Below, in pieces: positions 19,246-30,385 of a stretch of 64,000 nucleotides of DNA. Position 1 is the first letter of the stretch. Every line of letters starts with the position of its first letter. Under the pieces are notes generated by a model that was not told the origin of the DNA, did not search any database, and saw only the letters and a list, made by a program, of their open reading frames with translations. Origin of the DNA: Rebecca billardiae RCC1528 (lineage: Eukaryota > Protista > Haptophyta); assembly GCA_965240325.2 (NCBI GenBank), contig OZ251242.1:868001-932000 (forward strand). The letters are read 5' to 3'. The position numbers were made by a program, and so were the translations under genes.

Positions 19246-22200
19246 TCAGGCGCCGCCAGCGTTGCGCTCGGTCGGCAGCACGCGCATGAGCTCGTTGGCC
19301 CAGCGCTGCACGCGCGGCGCGCCCGGGTGCGCCTGCTCGGCGCGGCTCGCGGCCACGCGCGCGCCGTGCCGCGTCGCGAGCCGCCTGCGCGCGTCCGCGT
19401 TGGGCGGCGCGCACAGCACGACAAGCGCGCGGCAGCCGAGCTCCTGGACCTCCTCGGCCGCCAGGTGGGCGTCCATCCCGCCCACGACGGCTTCGAGCGC
19501 GCCCTTGTCCATCGCGAGCTTCACGCGCGCGGGGCGGCCGCGGTCGCCGCCCGCGAGCACGTTCACGAGCACGCGCGAGCCCCACGCCTGCTGCTGCGCG
19601 CGCCCGAGATGATACTGCATGGCGTGGATGACCGCGGCGATGAGGCCCGCGTCGGCCGCGGCTTGCTTGCGCCCGTCCGCGGCCGAGTCGTCGCCCGAGG
19701 TGATGTTGACGAGGATCTTGCACGCCCACAGCTGGACGCCGGCGTGCTCGGCGTGGTCCTGCATCGCGCGCGCGAGCGTGGGCATCGCGCCCGCGTCGGT
19801 CGCGCGCGCCGCGCGTATCGCCCACTTGCTGTCCTCGCCGGCGACGAGGTTGCGCATCGCCCAGCACGCCTGCTCGACGATGGCCGCGTCCGAGCGGTGC
19901 GCCTTCATCACGCCGACGACCGCCTCGAGCGCGCCGGCGCCGACGCCGCGCTTCGCGCGCGCGTCGCGCCACTCGTCGTCGCCGGCGCACACGTTGGTCA
20001 GCGCGCGCGTCCCCCACTGCTGCACGCCCGCGTGCGACAGCAGCGGGCCACTCATCGTCCCCTGGAGGCCCTCGAGCGCGCCCGCGGCCGCGGCGCGATA
20101 CGCGCGCGCGTCGCGCCGGCTGTCGACGCCCGCGCAGATGTTGACGATGGCGCGGCAGGCCCACTCGTGCGAGCCCGCGTGCGCCTTGTCGGTGTGCAGC
20201 GCGCGCACCGCGGCGTCGAGCGCGCCCTTGTCCGCCGCGAGCTGCGCGCGCTTCTCGCGAGGGGGGTCATCGCCCGCGCACACGTTCACGAGCGCGCGGC
20301 ACGCCCACTCCTGCAGCGCCGCGTCGCGCGTCGCGTGCGCCGACATCGCGCTGGCGATGGCTTCGATCGCGCCCGCGTCGGCGGCCTGCTGCGCGCGCTT
20401 CGCGCGGCCGGCCGCGTCGTCGCCCGCGCACACGTTCACGAGCGCGCGGCACGCGTGCAGCTGCACGCCCGCGTGCGAGATGTGAGCGCCCATGCCGCGC
20501 AGGAGCGACGGAAGAGCGCCCGCGCTCACGGCGCTGACGGCGCGCGAGTTGCGCGCGACGTCCGTGCCGGCGCACAGCTCGACGAGCGCGATCGCGGCGT
20601 CCTCCTGCAGCTCGGCGTGGTCGACGTGGGCGCCCATCACGCGCACGAGCAGCGGGAGCGCGCCCGCCGCCACCGCCTGCTGCTTGCGCCCGGCCCGGCC
20701 GCCGTCGACTCCGCCTGCCACGGAGCCGAGAGCGCGGCACTCCCAGGCCAGAACCGACGCCAGACCGTTGGCCTTCAGAAGGAGGCCCATCGCGCGGGTG
20801 ACGGCGGGGAAGGCGCCCGCGTCGGCGGCGAGCTGCTTGCGGCCGTCGCGCGCGTCGGCGTCGGAGCCCTCGCAGAGGTTCACGAGCACGCGGCACCCCC
20901 ACTCCTGCACGCCGACGCTCGCGCCATGCTTACCCATGGCCCGCACGACGGCTAGGAGGGCGCCCGCGTCGGCCGCGCGCGCCGCGTGTCGGTCGTGCAC
21001 GGACGCGTCGTCGCCGCCGACGCAGATGTTGATCACCGCGCGGCAGCCCCACTCCTGCACGGCGAGCGAGGCGAGGTGGAGCCCCATCGCGCGCACCACC
21101 GCCTCGAGCGCGCTCGCGTCCACCGCGCGCTGCGCGCGCGCGTCGGCCGCGTTGTCGTCGCCCGCGCACACGGTGCGCAGCGCGCGGCACGCCTGCTCCT
21201 GCACGGCGGCGTGGACGGTGTGCGCGCCCATCGCGCGCACGACGGCCTCGATGGCGCCGCCCTCCGCGGCGCGCTGCGCGCGGCCGTCGCGCGCCTTGTC
21301 CGCGCCGGCGCACACGCCGACGAGCGCGCGGCACGCCTGCGCCTGCACGCCCGTGTGCGCGGCGTGCGCGCCCATCGCGCGCACCACCGCCTCGATCGCG
21401 CCGTCGCGCGCGGCCGAGTGCGCGCGACCGTCGCGCGCGTCGTCGTCCGCGCCGCCGCACACGCCGACGAGCGCGCGGCACGCCTGCTCCTGCACGGCGG
21501 CGGAGGCGACGTGCGCGCCCATCGCGCGCACGATGGCGGCGAGCACGCCGGAGTGCGCCGCCGCCTGCTCCGTGCCCGCCTCGCCCAAGCGCGCGGAGGC
21601 ATCGCCGAGCGCACTCGCAGCCGCGTCGGCCGCGGCGCCGCCGCGCGCCGCCGAGTTGATCGCAGCGACGAGCTGCGGCCACCCGCGCGTGTCCGCGCTG
21701 GAGTTGGCGCGCTCGGTCGGGGGCGGCGGCTCGGGCGCGGCGCTCGCCGCCGCCCCCGCCGCCGCCGCGCCGTACGGCGCCGCGAGCGTGCCACCGAGCC
21801 GGCGCGCAACGCGCTCACCAAGCGGCCCAAATTGCTTCATCACCTTCTCGGCCGGGCGCGCGCACGTGAGCAGGATGTCGTCGATGCGCGCGCAGAGCCG
21901 CTCGTCCGCGGCGGGTCGGGCGGCGGGCTGCTGCGCCCACATGGCGCGCGCCAGCTCGCCGAGCGGCGTCGGCTTCGACCACATCCCCAGGCTCGGCCGC
22001 TTCTCGCTCCGGAGCGCGGCCGCGACTGCGTCCGGGCGCTTGCCCTGCCACGGTGTCTTGCGCGTGAGGAGCTCCACCACCACCATCGAGAACGAGTAGA
22101 CGTCCGCCTGGGGGCGCGAAGGGGCGGGCGCGGGGCGGTGAGAGCGCGGCGTCCGCGCGCGCGGGCGCCGCGAGCCGCCGTCCGTGCTGCACGCGCGCTC

Positions 22201-22980
22201 GCGCGCGCTCTCTCTCTTGTGCGCGCGCGCACGCACACGCACACGCTCGCGCACCTTTGCCCAGTCGACGGAACCGTCCTGGCGTTTGGCGTCCGCGGCG
22301 CTGATGCGGTGCAGCTCGGGGGCCAGCCACTCGACGGTGCCGAGGTGTGAGTAGGTGCCCACGGCGAGCGCGTATGGCCGAGCCGCGACGGGCGGCAGCC
22401 CCACGTCGCTGACCTTCAGCGCGCCGTCCTCGGCGATGAGCACGTTGGGCGACTTGAGGTCGCGGTGGTGCACGCCCGCCGCGTGCAGAAACTGAAGCGC
22501 GCTGCCGACCTCGAGCGCGCAGTGCGCGGCGACGGCGTCGGGCAGCGCGCCGCGCGCGGAGCGCAGGAGGCGGTACAGGCTGCCCTGCGGGGACGCGAGC
22601 GGCAGCACGATGCAGGCGCTCGCCGCGTCGAGCGTGCACGCGCCGTAAGGCTGCAAGACGTGCGCGTGCTGAAGCACCTGCTGCGAGCCGACCGCCTTGC
22701 CAATGCTGGCGAGCTCGGCGTCGACCTCGACGCGCTTGATGGCGACGGGCGTCGAGCCCTGCAGCATGCCCGCGTACACCCGGCCGTACGTGCCTTTGCC
22801 GAGCGCCTCGCCGTACGCCAGCTCGTCCGGCGCAATCTCATTCCACCATGCCTCTGCTCCGCCGCCGCGCACGCTCTGCCGCCGCGCCTCGTCCTTCTTC
22901 GGCTGCACGGCGACGCGATCACCGGTGGCGCCACCACCGAACACGTTGGCGAACAGCCCCTCGATGCCGTTCAGGTTCAT
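19246..22980 (-). CDS. Tyrosine-kinase-like (TKL) protein kinase with a long C-terminal Armadillo-repeat region; one intron 22108-22254
   Basis: GKGTYGRVY, VAIK, HRDLKSPN, DVG, GTVEWLAPE and DVYSF motifs. The in-frame low-complexity insert is bounded by AAG|GTGC and CAG|GCG (147 nt). More than 15 ARM-like repeats (VQEQACRALVNVCAG). The ATG at 22980 is a best guess. Confidence 0.88.
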   Translation of the reverse strand: MNLNGIEGLFANVFGGGATGDRVAVQPKKDEARRQSVRGGGAEAWWNEIAPDELAYGEALGKGTYGRVYAGMLQGSTPVAIKRVEVDAELASIGKAVGSQQVLQHAHVLQPYGACTLDAASACIVLPLASPQGSLYRLLRSARGALPDAVAAHCALEVGSALQFLHAAGVHHRDLKSPNVLIAEDGALKVSDVGLPPVAARPYALAVGTYSHLGTVEWLAPELHRISAADAKRQDGSVDWAKVRERVRVRARAHKRESARERACSTDGGSRRPRARTPRSHRPAPAPSRPQADVYSFSMVVVELLTRKTPWQGKRPDAVAAALRSEKRPSLGMWSKPTPLGELARAMWAQQPAARPAADERLCARIDDILLTCARPAEKVMKQFGPLGERVARRLGGTLAAPYGAAAAGAAASAAPEPPPPTERANSSADTRGWPQLVAAINSAARGGAAADAAASALGDASARLGEAGTEQAAAHSGVLAAIVRAMGAHVASAAVQEQACRALVGVCGGADDDARDGRAHSAARDGAIEAVVRAMGAHAAHTGVQAQACRALVGVCAGADKARDGRAQRAAEGGAIEAVVRAMGAHTVHAAVQEQACRALRTVCAGDDNAADARAQRAVDASALEAVVRAMGLHLASLAVQEWGCRAVINICVGGDDASVHDRHAARAADAGALLAVVRAMGKHGASVGVQEWGCRVLVNLCEGSDADARDGRKQLAADAGAFPAVTRAMGLLLKANGLASVLAWECRALGSVAGGVDGGRAGRKQQAVAAGALPLLVRVMGAHVDHAELQEDAAIALVELCAGTDVARNSRAVSAVSAGALPSLLRGMGAHISHAGVQLHACRALVNVCAGDDAAGRAKRAQQAADAGAIEAIASAMSAHATRDAALQEWACRALVNVCAGDDPPREKRAQLAADKGALDAAVRALHTDKAHAGSHEWACRAIVNICAGVDSRRDARAYRAAAAGALEGLQGTMSGPLLSHAGVQQWGTRALTNVCAGDDEWRDARAKRGVGAGALEAVVGVMKAHRSDAAIVEQACWAMRNLVAGEDSKWAIRAARATDAGAMPTLARAMQDHAEHAGVQLWACKILVNITSGDDSAADGRKQAAADAGLIAAVIHAMQYHLGRAQQQAWGSRVLVNVLAGGDRGRPARVKLAMDKGALEAVVGGMDAHLAAEEVQELGCRALVVLCAPPNADARRRLATRHGARVAASRAEQAHPGAPRVQRWANELMRVLPTERNAGGA

Positions 22981-23471
22981 GCGCGCGCCGTCGAACGTGT
23001 CTGCCCAGGGCTGGGGCTGGGCCGTCGGGCGCAGAGGAAAGGAGTCGCCCGTCCAGCAGGGTTCCTCGGCACTGCATGTTACCACAGGTTACCCGCGGGC
23101 ACCAGCACGCTGCGGCGCGGGACCGAAGGCTGATTAGAAACCGGGTATTTTAGAGGACTCGCCCGCTTGGCCAAAGTTGAGCTGATGATGAGAAGATGAG
23201 AGCGGCGGTTACGGAATCGTTTATTTTTGTGTGAGGGGGGCGCCGCGGAAATGTTTGCGGAATGGCGGCGGACGAGAGTAATTCGGCTGTTACTGGTACA
23301 CCCGTAACGTACTACAAAACGTTCACTGGTGCTCACTACAGTATGATATGTCTATATCTCCATACTGAAACGGTATGCACACTCGGCTGACCGTCCATGA
23401 TGGAATCGGCAAGACCGTCGTCGGCGGGACCATATCACATAGCATACCGTTGATGTCGTCAGCAGCCATGA

Positions 23472-24566
23472 TCACCACTGTGCCAGCGGCGTCGCCAGGT
23501 TCCCTGCTGCCGCCGTCGCTGTGACGGCGGCCGTGGCGCCTGCCGTGCCGCGCGGTGATGAGCCTGACGGCGCCTCGTCGCGGCGCAGCCCGGTGAAGAT
23601 TTCCTGCCAGCCGCCGCTCGCGCTCCGCCGCTCCGCGCCCGTCTTGAGCGAGGTCGGGCTGCGCAGGCCGAGGATGTTGGACAGGCCGACGCTCTCGAGC
23701 GGCTTCGCCGTGTCCACCTCGTAGCACTCGAACGTCGTGTCGAAGGCCGCCGCGGAAGCGAGGCTCTCGACGCACAGAGCTGCGACGTCTGCGCGCGAGA
23801 TCCGACCCGAGACGCGGTCGCCTTGGTTGAGCTCGAGCGCAGGCACGCCCTTGCCGAGCCACGCGCCGGCGTCATCGAAGGCGGGCGTGAGCCCGCCGGG
23901 GCGGACGATGGTGTACCCCACGCCGCGCGCCGCGAGCTCAGCCGGCGCATACAGCGCGCGCACGGCGTCCTCACCCTCAATCTTGGCCTCCATGATGCCC
24001 TTGCCCACAAAGTTTAGCAGCTGGTACACGGCCGAGTCCGGGCGGGTGACGGCGCCGGAGGAGACGATGCACAGCCGTGGCACGCCCGCGCGGATGCACG
24101 CCCGCGCGGTCGAGATCACGCCGTCCCGGTCAACCGCGCCCGCATCGCCGCCCTTGGCCGACGCGGACGCGGCAAAGATGACTCCGCGGAGCGGCTGCGC
24201 GCCGCCGACGAGCGGCTCGAGGGTTGACGGGCGCGTGACGTCGGCGGCGACGGTGCGGAGGAGAGAGCGATCGGGAATGGCAGGGTCCTGCAGCTCGAAC
24301 GCGCCCGAGCGCGTGGACGCGATGCACGGGATGCCGCGCGACAGCAGAGCGCTCACGCACGCGCGCCCGGTGCCACCGCCGGCACCAAGCACGAGCACCG
24401 GCGGCGGCGACGAGGCGGCGCGCGCGGCGAGGTGGGGATGCGTGACAAGAAGCGGAGCCACTGCTCCCGCCGCCGCGGCGCGCGAGACGAGGGCACGGCG
24501 GCCGAGCTGCTCGACGGAAGTCGGGCTCAGGCCAAGGAGCGTCGTGATGACGAGCGGCGCCGCCAT
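23472..24566 (-). CDS. Atypical SDR / NAD(P)-binding Rossmann protein (TIC62/NmrA-like), probably plastid-targeted
   Basis: VLVLGAGGGTGRACV, VSSGAVTRP, YTIVRPGGL and GRISRADVA motifs. Hydrophobic N-terminus followed by an RR-containing transit-like segment. Confidence 0.88.
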   Translation of the reverse strand: MAAPLVITTLLGLSPTSVEQLGRRALVSRAAAAGAVAPLLVTHPHLAARAASSPPPVLVLGAGGGTGRACVSALLSRGIPCIASTRSGAFELQDPAIPDRSLLRTVAADVTRPSTLEPLVGGAQPLRGVIFAASASAKGGDAGAVDRDGVISTARACIRAGVPRLCIVSSGAVTRPDSAVYQLLNFVGKGIMEAKIEGEDAVRALYAPAELAARGVGYTIVRPGGLTPAFDDAGAWLGKGVPALELNQGDRVSGRISRADVAALCVESLASAAAFDTTFECYEVDTAKPLESVGLSNILGLRSPTSLKTGAERRSASGGWQEIFTGLRRDEAPSGSSPRGTAGATAAVTATAAAGNLATPLAQW

Positions 24567-24649
24567 TGTCACCAGCTCGGCCCGATTTTGTGGCGGTAGT
24601 GATTCGTCGACGGGAAACTAATTTTTCGTCGTCATCAGACTGACGTCGA

Positions 24650-25636
24650 TCATGTGCCAGCGTCGTCGTCGCCGTCGTCGGCGTCGGCGCCGCCCACGCC
24701 CAGCCCCTCCGCGTACAGCTGACCAAGCGGGGCGGTGGGGTCGTCGCACGCGAGCGCTTGCGCGCTGTACCGGTCCTGCACCGCGGCCACGCGGTCGTAC
24801 TCCCACCCTGCCGCGCCCGCCGCCGTCGCAAACACGCCGTGGTTGTTGCGCTCGAGCGCACCAAACGCGTACCCGCAGGCCTTGTCCGCGGCGGCCGAGA
24901 CGTGCTCGAGCGTCTCAGGGTCGTCCGCCGCGACGGGGATGAAGTGGAGCAGGCCGACGTCCTCGACCAGCTCGCACAGCCGCGCCGTGAGCGCCGTGTG
25001 CCGCGAGCCGAACGCGCTCGAGCCCTCGCACAGCGGCAGCAGCCTGTGCAGCTGCTGCACGTCTGTGTAGAAGGACAGCGGGAGCGCGAGCGGGCCCGCC
25101 GCCTCGAGCAGGTCGACTTTGGAGAGGACGTTGACGTGGGGCAGCTCGAGCTGCATCATCGCGGAGAGCGAGACGACCAGGCCCGACACGTACTTGGACA
25201 CCTCGGCGCAGTGGTGCGCGTCCAGCAGGTGCACGGCGACGAGCCGCAGGCTGTGGCTGTCGCCGAGCGCGTGCACGAGGTTGCGCACCGTCTCGTGGTG
25301 CGTGTACAGCTCGATCTGGCCGGGGCAGTCGAAGATGAGGAAGGCGTCGCCGAGCGGCTGCAGCCGCTCCGCTAGCCAGTCGCGGTTGGCCGCCAGGTAG
25401 TCGAGGCAGTACACCATCGCGCCGTTCGGTCCGAGGCCGTGCTCGTCCGCAGCGTCGTCCGCGCTGATCAGCTCGCACACGTCGACGGCGCACGGGTACG
25501 GCCGCGCGTCGTTGGCGGGGTCGAGGTTGACCACGGCCACCGTGCGCCCGCGCGCGCTGAGGAAGCGGCGCATCGCCTCGCAGTACGTCGTCTTGCCCGA
25601 GCCCGGCGGGCCGATCACCAGCTGGCCGAACGGCAT
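24650..25636 (-). CDS. GPN2: GPN-loop GTPase 2
   Basis: MPFGQLVIGPPGSGKTTYC, VVNLDPAND, LGPNG, FDCPGQIELYTHH and LELPHVNVLSKVDL motifs. ATG at 25636. Confidence 0.93.
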   Translation of the reverse strand: MPFGQLVIGPPGSGKTTYCEAMRRFLSARGRTVAVVNLDPANDARPYPCAVDVCELISADDAADEHGLGPNGAMVYCLDYLAANRDWLAERLQPLGDAFLIFDCPGQIELYTHHETVRNLVHALGDSHSLRLVAVHLLDAHHCAEVSKYVSGLVVSLSAMMQLELPHVNVLSKVDLLEAAGPLALPLSFYTDVQQLHRLLPLCEGSSAFGSRHTALTARLCELVEDVGLLHFIPVAADDPETLEHVSAAADKACGYAFGALERNNHGVFATAAGAAGWEYDRVAAVQDRYSAQALACDDPTAPLGQLYAEGLGVGGADADDGDDDAGT

Positions 25637-25777
25637 GGCGGCGGCGACGCACCAGGAGGGCTTGCCGTGTCTCGTCGGAGTGCTGCTCGACCGGTGGGCG
25701 TGAGTTCGGTTCCTCACCGTGACAACTGACAACGCGCCGGACTTTCTCAATCTCAGAAATCTCACCCGATTCTCAGC
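25637..25777. promoter_or_regulatory. Short divergent intergenic region (probable bidirectional promoter)
   Basis: ~140 bp of lower GC between head-to-head start codons. Confidence 0.5.
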
Positions 25778-28120
25778 ATGGCGGCGGACCCGCCTGCGCA
25801 CGCGCGTCAGCGCAGCCCACGCGAGCGCTGTGACGCCGCAACCATCCGTGCCGGCGCCATCCTGCTCGGCATGCTCACGCTTGGCCGTGCGCAGGACCCC
25901 GCCGCCCTCCGCGACGGTGGCCGCGGCGATCTCCGCGGGGTCTCCGAGCCGTCGGCGCCTCCCGACGCGCCGATTCGCGTGGCAGGGCTTGCTAGCGTGC
26001 CGCCGGAGCTCGCACGCTGGCCGAGTGGCGACAGCGGCACCGCGGCCGACGCGCGCGCCTCGCTCGAGTGGGTGCGCGTCGCGGACGGGCCCGTGCCGAC
26101 GTGGCCGCGCCGGCCGTCGACGCCGCCGGCGCGCGACGCGGAGCTGATGGCACGGATCCTGGATGGCACGATTGGCGTCCGGCCTGACCCCATCCCCGCG
26201 CCGCCGCGCTACGCTGTGAACGCCTCGCACCTGCGGCGGTGCACGTCGTGCTTCGAGGGGCGGTACCGGCGCTCACTGCACCGCCTGCCGTTTGCGCCGC
26301 GGCCGGGCGAGGCCCAGCTGCTGCTCGACGACCACGCAGTCGAGCGGCACGCGTGCGTCGCGCGCGTGCGCACGCGCGCGACCAAGCGCGCCCTCGAGCT
26401 GCGCGCGTGCGGCGCGGGCGCGCAGCACTGCAGCCGGTACCGCGAGCGCCACTTTGGCATGTACGGCACCGTCCTGCCGCCCATACGCGGCGCGTACCCG
26501 CTTTATAGGATGTGGTTGGGGAACCGGTATGTGTACTATGCCGAGTCGGCAGACGGGCTGCGTTGGAGCGCGCCCGAGCTCACGCGCGTGGGCGGCTGGA
26601 GCCGCTTCGAGATGTGCGTCTCGCACGACGCGCGGCGCGGCCGGCTGCTGATGGGCCACCACTGCGGCAACCTCGAGGAGTCGGTGTGCCTCGCGAGCGC
26701 GCCCGCGGGCGCGCGCGCGAACGCGACGTGGCACGCCCTCGGAGTCGGGCCGCCCAGGCCGGGCAAAGAGCCTGCCATCGGCCCGGGGCGCAAGGCCCTC
26801 GGCCCGTGCGACATTCACTTCCAGTGCTGCGGCGAGCGCGCGTGCAGCTACCACGCCGACTCGTACAGCTGCGTCCGCTGGGCGGAGGCGGACGGCGCGC
26901 ACTGGCTGGTGAAGCGCGCCGCGTTCGGCAACGCCGAGCTGCCCTCCCAGTGGCGCGCCGTGCGCGGCGTCGTGCTCGCGCGCTCGGCCGAACTCGACAC
27001 TGAGCGGCGGGACCGCGTCAGGACGTTCGACGCTGACCTGCGCGCGTGGTACTTGGACCGCGAGGGCAAGGCGGAGAGGTTCCGCCGCCAGGTCTACTCG
27101 CTCACGCTCAGCGACCTCGACGTGGGGAGCGACCCCGATGTGCCGCCGGACGGCCGTGCGCAGGGCGGGGTGGGCGACGCCGCGGGCGGCGCTCCGGCCG
27201 CGCGCGCCGAGCGCGCGGCCGACGCGCCGAGTGTGGGCGTGCTCACGCTGCTGCACTGGCCGGGGGTCGGGTACCGCGCCGAGGCGGACGGCGCGCCCGT
27301 GCTGCCGCCCTACTCCCAGGACGTCACCGCCGTCTATCTGCTGCCCACGCGCGACTCCGGCCGGACCTTCGATCTGAGCGCCGTCTACGCAGACACGCCG
27401 AGTCTGCAGCCGAGCCCGTGCGCACCGGCGGCCGACGCGGCGCCCAAGGACGCGTGGCACGGGTGCCCGTTCGACCACGGGTACGTGCAGCCCGCCTCCG
27501 AGCTGCTCAGCGTGCGCCCTCCTCGCGCGCGCGCGGGCGCTTCGCACGGCGGCGCGCGGACCGCCGGCGCAGGCGCGGATGCGGGCCAACTCGCCGGCAG
27601 CGGCATGCGCGACGACGGCGGCGGGCTGCACACACTGTATTATGAGGGGCGGCCCACGCGGCACAGCCAGCGCTTCCGCAGCACCGCGACGATTGCGCGC
27701 GCGAGCTGGCCGCTGCATCGGCTCGCGGGCGTGCGCGCAGACCCAGCTTGTGCCGCGCTGCCCGCCGCCGCCGCCGCCGCCTCTGTCAGCAGCGCGCCAT
27801 GTGGCCGCCTCGAGACGCGCGCGTTCGAATGGGAGGCTGCGCATGGCGAGCTGGCGCTGAACGCGCGGGCAGACGGCGAGGATGCCGCCGTGCTGGTCGA
27901 GCTGCTCGACGACGCGACGGGCGAGCCTCTCGGCAGCCACGGCCGCGCGCGCGTGAGCGGCGTGGACGCGGCGGACGTGCGCGTGGCCTGGCCCGCGCGT
28001 CACGGCGGCGCGCGCGCGCACGCGCAGCCCGCAGGCCGGCGTGTGCGCCTCCGCTTCGAGCTGTGCGGCCAGGCCGTGCTCTTCGCCTTCACCCTGCACA
28101 GGCGCGTCGACTCCGACTGA
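25778..28120 (+). CDS. Secreted or membrane-anchored glycoside-hydrolase-like beta-propeller protein with a C-terminal beta-sandwich
   Basis: N-terminal hydrophobic stretch, Asp-box-like YAESADGLRW and TRDSGRTF motifs, and a C-terminal LALNA...VLVELLD...VRLRFEL..AVLFAF pattern. Confidence 0.6.
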   Translation: MAADPPAHARQRSPRERCDAATIRAGAILLGMLTLGRAQDPAALRDGGRGDLRGVSEPSAPPDAPIRVAGLASVPPELARWPSGDSGTAADARASLEWVRVADGPVPTWPRRPSTPPARDAELMARILDGTIGVRPDPIPAPPRYAVNASHLRRCTSCFEGRYRRSLHRLPFAPRPGEAQLLLDDHAVERHACVARVRTRATKRALELRACGAGAQHCSRYRERHFGMYGTVLPPIRGAYPLYRMWLGNRYVYYAESADGLRWSAPELTRVGGWSRFEMCVSHDARRGRLLMGHHCGNLEESVCLASAPAGARANATWHALGVGPPRPGKEPAIGPGRKALGPCDIHFQCCGERACSYHADSYSCVRWAEADGAHWLVKRAAFGNAELPSQWRAVRGVVLARSAELDTERRDRVRTFDADLRAWYLDREGKAERFRRQVYSLTLSDLDVGSDPDVPPDGRAQGGVGDAAGGAPAARAERAADAPSVGVLTLLHWPGVGYRAEADGAPVLPPYSQDVTAVYLLPTRDSGRTFDLSAVYADTPSLQPSPCAPAADAAPKDAWHGCPFDHGYVQPASELLSVRPPRARAGASHGGARTAGAGADAGQLAGSGMRDDGGGLHTLYYEGRPTRHSQRFRSTATIARASWPLHRLAGVRADPACAALPAAAAAASVSSAPCGRLETRAFEWEAAHGELALNARADGEDAAVLVELLDDATGEPLGSHGRARVSGVDAADVRVAWPARHGGARAHAQPAGRRVRLRFELCGQAVLFAFTLHRRVDSD

Positions 28121-28348
28121 TGGCGACGCGGCGTACTACGTCGTGACGCGTCGTGACGCGTGGCTGAGCGGGCTAGCCCTGTCGTGCAAGTAGTAGTTCC
28201 GGATCAAATGAAGTTTAACATCTTACACTAGGACTAGTTAGGAGGACTGTCTCGGCAGTCGTGTTCAGTGTGGTCAGCACTGTGTACATCTCCGCCGACC
28301 GTCTTCAGTCTGCGGAGTGCGGACGACGCCACTGGCCAAGCGCGGGCG

Positions 28349-29303
28349 ATGGCGGCCGCGGCGCGGCTGGCGCTGATGCTTTGTGTGGTGCTGACGGCCG
28401 GCGCGCCGGCGGCGCGCCCACTGGAGCGCGTGTGCGCGCCGCCGAGCGCAACGGACGAGTCGTCGTGCCGCATGATTCGCCTCTTCGACGTGCCGACGTA
28501 CTGGATCAATCTCGACTCGGCAACGCGCAAGGCGGCGCGCATGCGGCAGCAGCTGCATCCACGGCTCGCGCCGGGCGTGTGCGCGACGCGCGTGCCCGCG
28601 GTGCGCACGTCGCAGGTGGCGTCGGCGGTGCGCGGCGCGTTCGCGCGCGACGTGCTCTGGCGCCGGCGCGGGCCCGCCGTCGAGGACGCCATCATGCTCA
28701 GCCACCTCAAGGCGATTTTCCTCGCGCGGACACACGACGCCCTCGCGGGCGCGTGGTGTATTCTGGAGGACGACCTCGACTTCTTCCCGGCGGTGCACTA
28801 CGGCGCGGCGCGCGCGGAGAGCCGGCCCGAGGCGTACAGCCCGCGCGGCGCCTCGCTGCGCGCCCTCGTCCGCGCCGCGCCCGCCGGCTGGTCCACGGTC
28901 CAATTAATCGCCCTGACCCGCTCGGACGAATTTAAATGGCTGCAGGATGCGTGGCTGGGCGCAGACGCGCCCGTGCTGCTGGACAAGCGCAACCTGACGG
29001 AGCGCGGCGCGCTGGGCGCGGCGTGCGCGCACGCGCCGAGCGTGTACTCCGCCGGCGCGTACCTCATCTCCGAGCCCGCCGCGCGCCACCTCGTCACTGT
29101 CGTCTGGCCCGTGGAGGCGGAGGCGGGCGGCGACAGCGGCAGCGGCACCGGCGGAGGCGGCGACAGCGGCGGCGGCGGCAGCGGCGGCGGCGGCGGCGGC
29201 GGCGGTGGAGGCGGCGACGGCGGCGGCGGCGGCAGCGGCGGAGGCGGCGACAGCGGCGGCGGCGGCAGCGGCGGCGGCGGCGGCGGCGGCGGCGGAGGCG
29301 GCG

Positions 29304-29340
<37 letters not shown>

Positions 29341-30385
29341 AGGCGGAGGCGGCGACCGCGGTGCCGCCGCCGGCGGCGACAGCGGTGCCGGCGGCGGCGG
29401 CGGCACAGGCGACGGCACAGGCGGCGGCGGCGGCGCGGCCGTGCGCGTCACGCTTGAGCGGGCGTGCTACCCGCCCGCGGCGCGCTTCCCCGAGTGCGCG
29501 CGCGTGTACGCGGGCTGGCGCGCGCGCGGCCGGCTTTCCCACGTGCCCGACCCGGGCGCCGTGGACTGGGTGGCTGACCACTGCCTGATCGGGCTCGAAC
29601 TGTATGGGCCCGCGCTCTCGCGCGCGGAGTTCAGCGCGGCGGGCTACGGCGCGGCCGGAGCCGAGGGCCAGCGCGCCGCGATCGCGCGGCACGAGGCGGC
29701 GTCGCGCGCGTGGCGCGCGCTCATCGCCACGCCCCCATGGTTCACCGAGTGCCTCTCCGAAGGCACCGCGGCGAATGAGTCGGCGCACGTCGCGGACCGC
29801 TACCAGTGGAAGATGCACGACCGCGCGCGCCAGTCCACCTACTCTTGGTACAGGCGATTGTGCGCGCACCGGCGCACGGGATGTCTGCTTAGGGAGAAGC
29901 TGCGGGTGAAGGATCTCGCGCTGCGCGAGATGCACGGGTACGTGCTCGGCGATGGGGCGGGGCGGGTGCCGACGCGAACGCGCATGAGCCACCGCGCCGA
30001 GCAGGGCGAGGCGGCGCTCGCGCGCGAGGGGCTGACGCGCGCCTGCCTGCGGCCGCCCGCGTGCGAACCGACGGAGGCGCAGCTGCGCGCCGCGCGGGAG
30101 AGGGATCGCGTGGCTGCGTCGGACGCGGCGCGCGCAAGCGCGGCCGACGCGCCGCTGCGCGATGGCGCCGAGGTCGAGCTGCTCGTGTCACAGCCGAGGC
30201 CGCTGCCTGGCGGCTCACAGTCACACTCGCAGGCGCCGCCGCAGGTGCGTGGCGGCAGCAGTGGCAGTGCCGGCGGCGGCAGCGCGGCGGGCGTAGTCGC
30301 GCGGACGACACGCGTCAAGCTGCGCGATGGGGACGTCGCGGCGATCCTCGAGCTGCTGGCGCAGCGGCACGGCGGGACGCCGTAG
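28349..30385 (+). CDS. GT25-like glycosyltransferase with a poly-Gly insert
   Basis: Signal-like N-terminus, YWINLD, SHLKAI, ILEDDLDF and SAGAYLIS motifs typical of GT25. ATG at 28349. Confidence 0.7.
29126..29435 (+). repeat. Imperfect (GGC)n coding trinucleotide repeat
   Basis: Encodes ~100 aa of mostly Gly with interspersed D/S. Confidence 0.92.
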
